From Vicugna vicugna (Eukaryota), in assembly GCA_013265495.1 (NCBI GenBank), contig MU058824.1, positions 3,127,111 through 3,191,110 of the forward strand: a stretch of 64,000 bases of DNA, read 5' to 3'. The translations under genes and the position numbers were made by a program. Positions within the stretch are counted from its first letter, which is position 1. Each line of letters opens with the position of its first letter. Shown here one piece after another: positions 38,727-49,006 of the stretch. The notes below the pieces were generated by a model. That model was not told the origin of the DNA. It saw only the letters and a program-made list of their open reading frames with translations, and did not search any database.

Positions 38727-40122
38727 TCCCCAAATGTTCATTTCCTGTTTCAGATCCTTCTAAGGTCTTAGTATGTTTCAAGGGAGAAAGCTTAGCAACT
38801 GACTTTATCATCTTTTAAACACTTGAGAGGCTGAAGAGCTCGGTCACAATGATTAGCTCTCATTGGCTCAGCTGTCTCTGCCTTATGCGGCTGATAGAGA
38901 CGTGGTACCCTGACCTGCAAGTCTCCCCAGGGGATCTGGTCACATCTACAGAACCCTTATTCTCTACCAGGCCTGTTAGTTGGGTCTAGACCCTACTTCT
39001 CATTACTGTGCACTATCTTCAAAACACTCATTGAATAAAAATTTAACTTGCTAAAGAGATTTGATCTATTTTTACAAACATGAAAACACAGAGACTCAAT
39101 ACATTGCTGATCTTTTGTGATTAATGCACGATGCCTCCCACTAGCCCCTTCCTAAAACAAATTCACCTTTTACTCTCAAGTCTAACTGAAGGTGGGGTCT
39201 GTTAAGTAGCAGGACAAGAAGAAAATAAGGGCTCTCCAGATGTGAACCAGATCACCTGGATCCTGTGTTAAAATGGCCATGACTCCCCATTCGATGGGCC
39301 TCTACGGTGAGAAGACCAGATAAGGATAAGCTCTGATTTGGAAGTTTCAAAGTATAATATTGATCACTGAATTCAGAATGGCAATAGTTATAGACCATAA
39401 GGGGAAAAATATTTAAATAATGAATATGTAAGTCTTTTATCCAGCAGTCACATTAAAAACATCAAATTCTAGCTAACATTTTCCCTTTACAAATTTGTCT
39501 TCTGAAACCCCATATCAAACCATACCAACCCTGGGTATTTCCATACCAAAAAGGATACCACAGTAGAAAAGAGAAGAACTAAAGTCACATCTGTGCCCCT
39601 GTATTTTCTAGCTCTGTGATCTCAGAGGTTAAGTTAATTCTCTTAACCTCTCCAAGCCTCTGCCTCCTCTTTTGTTAAAATACCTCCCTTGTAGGGTATT
39701 GTGATGACTAAGTATTATGTACCCAACATGTTTAGGGTCACATAATAGAGGTTCAATAGCTAAGAGGCTCTTTTAAAAAGAAAGCAACCCCACCACCACT
39801 GCCATCACTACTATCAACACACCAACTTCAGAGGGAATACTAAATTTGAAGATTCTGAATGAGAAATGAATAATTGGAATCTGTGGAAATTTCAAGGGCA
39901 GGAAAATGGAGTCACAGGACGACAGAGAGCCAAAGCCAGTGTTTCTCTCCCCATCCATGGTTTACAGGTGCCTTACTAAGGGTGTGCAGAGCCTCCAGCA
40001 AGCCCACTGCACTCCCCCTGCGTCCTCTCTACGCTGCGGATTTCAGAGTCCCCGGGAGACAAGTGCAGGAGGCAGCTTGCCTGCTTCATGCAGTCATTTT
40101 AATCCCTTGACCAGGGACGCAC

Positions 40123-40230
40123 CTGGCTGTGTCCGCTGACAAGCACTTCCTCCGCAAAGTGCACCTTCACGGGGTTGGTCTTCAGCCTCGCCCTCTTCTC
40201 CTCCGTCAGGAAGGAGGACTTGGGGACTCC
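40123..40230 (-). CDS. FRMPD1: FRMPD1 exon 6
   Basis: GVPKSSFLTEEKRARLKTNPVKVHFAEEVLVSGHSQ; 108 nt. Confidence 0.96.
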
Positions 40231-40576
40231 CTGCAAAATATTAACAGGACACAATTTAGAACAGGACTTTCATACAAGCATCTTCTCATTTCTCAAAAAA
40301 CAAAAGCAAAAACTCTGACAGCTGTTGAGAATTCAATTAAAACCCACAGAGAATGATGGCATCCTACTAAAGACCTCTTTTCATAAAATCCAGGGATCTC
40401 AACATAGACTTGTCTGAGAACAACTGAACATTCAATATGGTGGCCAAAGGCTGTGGTAAGAGGAAGACAAAGAAAACTGGCCTGTGAACAAACAGACCTG
40501 AATTCCAACACAAGTTCTGCTACTCAACAGTTGCGAGAACTACTTCAAATGCAAATTCTTATGGAAGTAAACCAAT

Positions 40577-40597
40577 TGTGTGTGTGTGTGTGTGTGT
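40577..40597. repeat. (TG)10 microsatellite
   Basis: Read directly. Confidence 0.9.
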
Positions 40598-41683
40598 ACA
40601 TTGCCTCTCTTTGGCTTTCAGTCTTCTCTTATGCACAATATGGGGGTTGGACCAGAACATCCCCAGGGCTCTCTGAAGCTCTGACTCCTCTGATTTATCC
40701 TTGGCCCTTCTTTGCTCTGCTCATCTTTTGGGTGGTGCCCTCTTTCTCCACAGGTAAAAAGAGTATTCATAGGTTGGTATGAGTCTGTGGTGAAGCCCTT
40801 GGCCTCGACCATATCAGGCTAAATTGTGACACTTAACGAATAGCAACTTGCATGATTTAGACCAACAGGATGTGATCTTCCTGGAAACCCTGATATGCTA
40901 TTTCCAAGCCGGGCATCCTATGTTTCCTTGGTCTGGATAGTCCTTCAGGCCTGCCCCTAGAATGTTCACATGTATAACAGCCCCAAGATGGAGCTCTGAG
41001 CCACAATCTGTGTGGCTGAAGAAAGAGAAGCACAACAGAAGTCAAAGAAACTGCTGGAAACAATGCTCATAGACTCAGATATCACCAGGCCCCTGCCATG
41101 AAGTACATGAAGTAAACAAGTTACCTTGAGATTTTAACTCAAGAAGATAAATGTGATTTGTGGGTAACTGGAACCTTGGTGTGACAGAGATCATGACTAT
41201 GATTTAGTATCTCAAATACATAGTTTGCTTTAAAAAATTTAGTAGAAGGAGAGGGGGAAATAGCAGAGTTCCCGGAGAAGTAACCTGTGCGGTAATCCCT
41301 CCACTGGAGAAATTACTTAACCTCAATTTGCTTTCTTTTTCAATCAATCAGAAGAGATTGATGGAATAAGGCAAAGAGAAAGTTACAACCTAAAATTAAG
41401 CAATGAGACTATCAGACTGCTTTGAATGAGTTCAAAACTCTTATACCTGTGAATCGAGGGGGCTGATGGACCTATTATATGAAACAGTTGGCATCATCCA
41501 CAGAACAGAGAATGGAGGAAATACTAGGAGACTAAAGATGATTAAGTGTAAATTTCCCAGAAAATGAACATAGAAGAGTCAGGAAAACACATATTGGTAT
41601 GTTTGTCTTTAATTCTTGGCAAAATCCAAGACAAGTTAGGGTCAGAAAGCTTTCAGACACTGATCACTAATAACCAACATAAA

Positions 41684-41795
41684 GGGAGGGTATAGCTCAG
41701 TGACAGAGCACATGCTTAGCGTGCATGAGGTCCCGGGTTCAATTCCCAGTACTTTAACTGAAAAAAATAAAAACACATTTAGAAATTAAAAAAAC
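41684..41795 (+). mobile_element. Vic-1-like SINE
   Basis: gggagggtatagctcagtgacagagcacatgcttagc...gggttcaattcccagtac followed by an A-rich tail. Confidence 0.85.
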
Positions 41796-42890
41796 TAATA
41801 TGGAATTACTAAGATTTTAGATTTTAAGTTTTATCATTTTCTTTATTCTGCTCTATGTTTGTGTTATTAGCCTTTCTTTCCTACTTCTTGCACTGACTGG
41901 ACCTATTTCCTCATTAGATAATAAAATCACTTTTAAGGCTATGAATTTTACTCAGAGTATAGTTTCAACTGCATATAATAAGTTCTAAGAAGTAGAGTTC
42001 TAAATTTTAATTATTTTCTAACCAGTCTATTATAATATTTTTGCTTTTCTATTTGACTCCATCTTTAGTTAGCATTTTTATTCCAAATGGGTGGTTTTAA
42101 TTACATTTTTGACAGTTATCAATTTGTATTTTATTATATTCTGGGAAAGGGAATTATAGAGTTGCTTATCTAGGGAATTTATTGAGTTTTTATTTTGGTA
42201 GCCGGGGATGCGGTCAATTAGATTAAACTGTTAAATGCATTATTAAAATTCTCCAAACCCCTACTTACTTTTTTTGTCTATTTGTGGCTAAGGCTAAGAG
42301 GTACGTACTAAAGTCTCTCAGAAAGAATTTTCTGTCAACTTTCCCTCTTTGTAGTCTTCTCTTACAGTTTGATTATGTATAGTTCTTTGTATCACATAGA
42401 AAGGACACCCAGGCCTGTGGTGGTTCAGGATGGCTGTGGCCTCCCTGTGCATCATCTTTGCCACACTTTGCCATGTGCTGAACCTCACAGCTGATCAGAC
42501 ACGTTCATGTCCAGCACCTTGCTCATAACAACCCATTAGATACACAAAGCAGTTATTGTTGCCATCCCTGTTTTACAGATGACTTCTCCACAGTGACACC
42601 ACTCAGATCTGTCTTGAAACTCCTAGTTTGGTACCCTGGTCATCCCATTCTGCATAATCACGAGTCTATCTCCTTAGCTGGACCATGAGTTCTTGAAGCT
42701 TGGACCCACATCTGTTTCCTCTACAACACTGGCACAGAGGCGGTCCTCAGGCAACATCGACTGCCCCAGCAGCTGTCCCCTGTGCCCTCTGCCTTCCCCG
42801 TTTATTCTATGACAGATATTTCACTAAGGGTACAGAGTCTTGGGGCCAAGGAGGGTGAAACTAACACACAGGAAATAGAAAGAGATTTAC

Positions 42891-42936
42891 CGACGTGCAG
42901 CGAACAACTGTGATTGAAAGAGAATCTTCAGCTTCC
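42891..42936 (-). CDS. FRMPD1: FRMPD1 exon 5 (end of PDZ)
   Basis: EAEDSLSITVVRCTS; ttttttcag acceptor, gtaaat donor; 46 nt. Confidence 0.94.
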
Positions 42937-42985
42937 CTGAAAAAAAGGATAAAGACAAAAAAAGTCATTCTGGGTGATATGTCTC

Positions 42986-43008
42986 TGTGTGTGTGTGTGT
43001 GTGTGTGT
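42986..43008. repeat. (TG)11 microsatellite
   Basis: Read directly. Confidence 0.95.
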
Positions 43009-44258
43009 TAGGGTCAAAAAGACTGGCAGAATTACAAAGCAGCGTCTCTTGCCTCAGCTTTTTTTGACTCAGCAAAATTGAGAAGGATGTTGAGAAAGAA
43101 GGACCTGATCTGTGAAGGAACGTGAGCTGTCCAGAGTGCCGCTTCTTCCTGGAGAAAATCTTCAGATACTTGCCTCTGTCATCTAGTCTATACCTACAGC
43201 CACTAAATTAAGTCACTTAGCCTTAATTTAGTCTATATGATGGAAAACTCATCCAGTTGCTATGACCCCGAGCTAGGTTTATGTCCAAAAAAAAATTTTT
43301 AAGAGAAAACATAGCAATAATACAGATCAGGGAAATATGCTATTTCAGAAAACAGACTAAACATTCACTAAATAGAATAAATGAAAGTGCATAACATTTA
43401 TCAGAAAAAAGCCAGCCATTTTCTGGTGTTTGGGCACAAAGTCAGTGTCATGAGCCCAACCATGTAATCAAATATTAGACATTTTCATTTTCTTATCATC
43501 TCTTAGATTCCCAGAGTGATCAAATCAACCAGATAAGTGCCAAACTTCCACTTCGTATTAGAAGATAGAACTGAAATATTGATTTCTATACTCCTTTTTC
43601 TTTGCCACTGCTACACAGAGAAGCAGTGTGCAAAATAATTTCATTTGACTTCTCACAATATGAACATTTAGGCCAATTGCTGCCAGTGTGTTACTTCCTC
43701 AAACAGATAAACTCAACACAAGATTTCTAAGTGTCTGGGGATCGCCTCTTTTCCATTTTACAGAAGAACAGACCTTTTCCAAGAGAATTCACAACAAACC
43801 AATATCCAGGTGCTCTCAAATGGACAGCCTGGCCTCACAGAGAGTTGGAGGAATTAGAGACATTTTATTGTTTTTTTTTTTGTTTTGCTTGGTCTTAGAA
43901 GTGGCGATGACACTGGGAACTAAGCTAAAAAAATAAGCAGTCCCAGCATTTCCACACGCAGCTTATGGCAGAGAGCACAGGTTCAAGACTCAAACCGGCT
44001 AGCAAGTCTTTAATGGCTCACCCTTCCAGGAGGAGAATAACCCCTGAGCTTACCGTGTCAGCACCAAGACCCTCCACCATCTGGGCCTCACTTCCCATAG
44101 GCATTGATGCCTTAGACAAACTGAAGTGCTCAGCGCCCACTACTCCCCTCTCAGTCACTCTTATCACTTTGCCTGGACCACTCTCTATCTCCATCTTTGT
44201 GGGCCAAATTCTACTCAGCATTAAAGGGACATTTGAAATACTTCTGGACTCTTCTCTG

Positions 44259-44391
44259 GTTTTTTTGTTTGTTTGTTTTATGGGAGGGAGGTCATTAAGG
44301 TTTATTTACTTATTAATGGAGGTTCTGGGGATTGAACCCAGGACCTTATGCATGCTAGGCATGCGCTCTACTACTGAGCTATACCCTCCCC
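44259..44391 (-). mobile_element. Vic-1-like SINE (long form)
   Basis: tRNA-Ala-like head, AAATAAACC...ACCTCCC tail and (AAAC)n. Imperfect TSD gact(c/a)ttctctg. Confidence 0.85.
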
Positions 44392-44965
44392 TCAGACTAT
44401 TCTCTGTTTTGTCAAACCACAACTTCCTCACAAGTTGAGGAATCGCCAGTGTTTACAGCCCCTGTCCTCTGTTTCTCCTGATGCACTGTCTCCCCTCAGT
44501 CTCAGTGGGGTGTGCACCAGCTGTAGCTGCGCCTCTAGCCCGTACGAGTCCAGGAAGCGGAGTCCCTTGGCACCACAGGGTTCCTTGCCCAGAGAAGGTG
44601 CTTAATGAAGAGATCAGGGTTCACGTTCCCTAGACACCCCAATTCTGGTCTACTGCTTTTAATTGTAAAGACTTTTGCTCATTAGTCAGAGTTGGATCTA
44701 GCCTGGCAGAGATATTAGTAGCAGTGAAAATCTAAAATTCGTTTGCTGGAATTGATCATCTTTGAGAAAATCACCTAATAATTTGGACAGTAAACTGCAT
44801 GATTTTCATAACCATATTTCATTTTTGTAAAATAAAATCACCACGTCCTTTCCTAGTTGCCCCACCCAACCACCCACCTTATTCTCTGGCAGTTCTGAAG
44901 TGAGATTAGGTGTGGTTGAGAGGATTCTATTTTCTACACTCTGATGGATTCTCTGCAATCTTGAG

Positions 44966-44971
44966 CTCTCT

Positions 44972-45007
<36 letters not shown>
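44966..45007. repeat. Compound (CT)n(GT)n microsatellite
   Basis: Read directly. Confidence 0.95.
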
Positions 45008-45008
<1 letters not shown>

Positions 45009-45241
45009 ACTGCAAGGGACTGATAAATATAGCACCTGTGCCTCCCAATCACGTCTGTAGGCAGGTGAGAGAGAGAAGATAGTAACCAAGATGGAATTCT
45101 AAAATGAGGCTGTTGCTGCTGCTTTAAAGGAGACTGGATCTTACTTAAATCACAGGGAGATCAGTTAAGGCATTTCTGTCACCCATCTTTGTTCTACAAT
45201 AATCTGTGCAATTCTGTGGATGATGGAAGACAATTTAGTAC

Positions 45242-45344
45242 CTCAGAATATCGACTGCTCGTTCACAGGAAAGGTCTTCGGCGGGCTCATCGTTCATTTG
45301 GAGGATCTGATCACCAGGGAAAAGCTTGCCGTGAGCGGAACCTC
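45242..45344 (-). CDS. FRMPD1: FRMPD1 exon 4 (PDZ)
   Basis: (G)GSAHGKLFPGDQILQMNDEPAEDLSCERAVDIL(R), with the PDZ GDQIL motif; 103 nt. Confidence 0.96.
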
Positions 45345-45652
45345 CTGTTGGACAGAAAAGAAGTCACTGGTGCTTGTGCCAGGGGGGCCCAGGCCCCACG
45401 TGTCACTGCAGCACACCTAAATTTAGGCAGCCTGATCCAGTCTCCAGGGCACCAGCTCGCCCTACCCCTAGTCAGGCTTGGTCTCACGGGGATCTCAGTT
45501 TTCCTGTTTACAAATCACGGATAATGTACTACCATCCATCACCTTCAAGGGATTGTTAGGAGACTGTCCGGGGAAAGAAGACTAGCAGAAACCCTCTAAA
45601 TCAACAGAGCTGGCCAGCAAATCCACTACATTCATCTCTAAAGAACTCTGGG

Positions 45653-45653
<1 letters not shown>

Positions 45654-45681
<28 letters not shown>
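45654..45681. repeat. (TG)14 microsatellite
   Basis: Read directly. Confidence 0.95.
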
Positions 45682-45683
<2 letters not shown>

Positions 45684-46190
45684 CATTCAAATTAATAGAT
45701 TTTTAACTAGTCCCAGATATAACATCAATACACAGCTGAAGTATGAAAACAAACACTAGACCCTTCCAGTCTGCTCCTCTTCACCCTGATGCAGCCTATA
45801 TTTTAGAGACTCAAGTGAAAACAAATCAATAATTTCTATTACTGTCTGACCAGAAACTCTCCCCAGCTCAGAGCATGCAGGGTTCAGAGAGGAGAGCCTG
45901 ATGATCCAAATACTGTCACCATCCCTGAGACTGGCTGGGGGCGGCGTGGGTGGGCAAAGCCCTGGCTAAAGCTGTGGAGCAGGGGTGCAAACAGCAAGTG
46001 GGCCCCTCCCTCCCAGCACCATAGGAAGGTGCAAAGTGCAAGACAGAATTAGGTCAAAATTTCTGCCATTTCTAATCTTTTAGGGTAGCATTTTCTGCAT
46101 TATGTTAAAGCACAGAGAGATGGGAAGAGAACCGGGGCTATTTCCCCGCAAGAAGCCAAAATCCTTTCTTGTTTCCCAGGCAGCCCCTAC

Positions 46191-46348
46191 CTGCTGTGAC
46201 GGCCACCACTGTGAGGGGAAGGGTCTCAGAAATGTGAAATCCATAGTCTTGGAGGAGGGCATCTTTGTCTATTTTCACTGTGTGTTTGACAGGGATGAGG
46301 GTCTGGGTTGGGGTCCCAGGCGGCCCATCAGCTGCAGCAACTTTGTCC
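46191..46348 (-). CDS. FRMPD1: FRMPD1 exon 3 (start of PDZ)
   Basis: DKVAAADGPPGTPTQTLIPVKHTVKIDKDALLQDYGFHISETLPLTVVAVTA; 158 nt. Confidence 0.96.
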
Positions 46349-46729
46349 CTGGAAGAGAAGGAGAATGTAAAAAAAGGCAGGGAGAGGATTCTAGTTGGTG
46401 GCCACAAACTGGGTCAGCCCCTCCTCCTGGAGGAGGAAGATGCAGAGCTAGCTGAGTGGGCACCAACTCTTCTCTTGGGAGAGAGAAGACACAAACACCA
46501 GTAGATAAAATAGTAGGACATAGCACCATGCTCTAAATAAAAGAGAAGTCATGAAGTGCAGTGGGTACTCAGAGAAAGCAGAGAGCAGTTTTAACTTTGT
46601 TGAGGAGGGGAGAAGGAATCAGGGAAGCATTTGCTACCTGGAAGAGGTGGCAGCTGAGAGATGCTGAGGGTATACCTACATAGCCCAAATCCTGGCACAC
46701 AGAAGATATTCAGTAATTGCTGATGAGTC

Positions 46730-46935
46730 AATGTATGCATAGATGCATAGATGGGTAGGTGGATGGATGCACACATGACAGATGGATGGATGCATGGATT
46801 CATAGATGGATAGATGCATGGATGGAGGCATGGATGTTTGCATAGATGGATAGATGCATGGATACATGGATGCATGGATGGCTGGATGGGTGGGTACATG
46901 GATGGCTAGATGGATGGATGAATGGATAGATGGAC
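46730..46935. repeat. Degenerate (GGAT/GCAT/AGAT)n tetranucleotide tract
   Basis: Read directly. Confidence 0.9.
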
Positions 46936-48592
46936 AGGCATTCCAGGCAGAAGGCACTGCTTCAGCAGAGGTATAGAAGAGGAAAAACATAGACTGTGAA
47001 TGAAAACCAGGAGTTGCTCAGTTTGGATGTCTGATGATGATTAATTTTATAGGTAGATGATTTCTTTGGTGATTTTTTTCTGTTTTTCTTTATGATAAAT
47101 GTTGCTTCCCCTTCAACTTTGTAACTGTGAGCATTCCAATATAAAATCCCAGATAGCAAGAACTTCCTCTGTATTAATTGTTAAAAACATGGATGTTCTC
47201 TCTTATATACAAGCAGGTAACTTGAAAGTTGTATTTTCTATCTCTCAACACCACATAGTGAATTTATGAGCTAGGTTTCATTTATGTAGCAAATGATTTT
47301 TACCCCCATAAGAGTCAGTGGTTCTTTCTAAGGAAGGTCAAATAGTGATGGGATAAGGTGTTTACTGTCCTTACAAACAACAGATGTGGAGGAGTAACAG
47401 CACCCTCCGCATTCTGCATTTAAGGTCTTTTATTCTCATCCATTTACCAAACACTGTCAGGAACTCTGCCTAATGCATTAGGACCCCACTTATCTGAAAA
47501 TCACCTCTCTGTCATTTATAATAATCTCAAGTTTCAACAAGGACCAGGAAATATTTTTAAAAAACTGCTTCATGGAGCCAAAATGCATTGACAAGTCCAA
47601 GTACAAAGCCTCATGCATGTTATCCATCAAGGAGCTCCCTTAGGAGCAAGGACAGGATTTCTTCTAGGCAAGAACATGGGTAAAACTGAGAAGTGCTGGA
47701 AGACAGACCCGACAAGAGGGAAAAAGCAGAAAATTCTGAAAATTTATACTGAATAAAACCCATAGGTATTCCTGATTTAAAAAAAAACTACAAAGCTCTG
47801 AAAGGAACTTTCTAAATATAATAAATAATATATTACACTGAAGGGCAAAAATCAACATTTGCATTCTTTCATAAAAAGCAACAGAAAGGATACCCTAGAC
47901 ATTACTCCTATTTACTGTAGCAGGAAAAATGCCTAGAATAGTTACCAGAGAAGGAAAAATGATGAGGAATAATAAGCATAGGAAATGGAAAAGTACTACC
48001 TTTTATTTTCCAAACAGATGATGATCTACATCTAGAAAATGATCACAAAGAGAATTACTAGTGCTTAAAAAAATAAACTTAGTGGAGTTGCAGGATAAAC
48101 ACACAAAACATAGCCACAAAAAGCATCCAACAGTTCATTAAAAACAGAGTAGCTGAATGTGTATTAGGTGTTAGGCGCTCTTAATGAGCTGATGCAATAA
48201 AGGAAGACACACGTAAAACTGATGCTGGATTTTTGTTTGGGAAGATTACATGAAAAGAAGTCCTGAACAAAAATACAGATTTGATGGAAATCCAGATTAA
48301 AAAAACAAAAACAAAAACAAAAACTTGGTAATAGCAGCAGTAACAACAACAATAACCATTAATGGCATTTACTGAGCACTAACCATGTACCGGGGGGTGA
48401 TCTCACTTACTTTCATAGCTCACTTGACCCTCATAACAAACCTGTGAGACAGGGGTGATTATTGCCCCTATTTTATAGATGAGGCTGAATCTTGCTTTGA
48501 GAGACTTTAACTTGCTTAAAGTCACATAGCTGGGGAGGGAGTTTCAAAGTGGGGAGATTTTCTTCGAAGGTAATGTAGCACCACTTCTGGAG

Positions 48593-48845
48593 CAGTGCTG
48601 ATCAAATGAAGGATAATACAAGCCACATTTGTAAGCGTGTAAGTTTTCTAACAGCCACCTGAAAACTGGGGTGGAGGAGGGGGAAGCAAGTGATTTTTAA
48701 TACATTTTTATTTAACCCAATGTATCCAAAATACTATCCTTTCAACATGTAATCAATAAAAATAAAAATCATTGATGAGATATTTTGCACCCTTTTTTTC
48801 ATATTAAGTCTTCAAAATCCAGCGTGTATTTTATACTTTCAAAAT
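48593..48845 (+). mobile_element. MER33-like hAT-Charlie relic, truncated
   Basis: Contains tttatttaacccaatgtatccaaaatactatcctttcaacatgtaatcaata...aagtcttcaaaatccagcgtgtattttatactt. Confidence 0.7.
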
Positions 48846-48896
48846 GTATCAAGTGAATTAAGTCAGAGAAAGGCAAATACCACTTCTCCTTCCAGT

Positions 48897-49006
48897 GGGG
48901 AGGATATAGCTCAGTGGTAGAGTGCCTGCTTAGCATGCATGAGGTCCTGCGTTAAATCCCTAGTACCTCCAAAAATAACCAAAAAACAAAAAACAAAACA
49001 AAAAAA
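48897..49006 (+). mobile_element. Vic-1-like SINE
   Basis: ggggaggatatagctcagtggtagagtgcctgcttagc...tagtacctcc plus A-rich tail; flanks ctccttccag / ctcttccag. Confidence 0.85.

Noticed and set aside
46591..46990. His/Pro/Ser/Ile-rich ORFs
   Set aside because: Translation of the (CCAT)n simple repeat.
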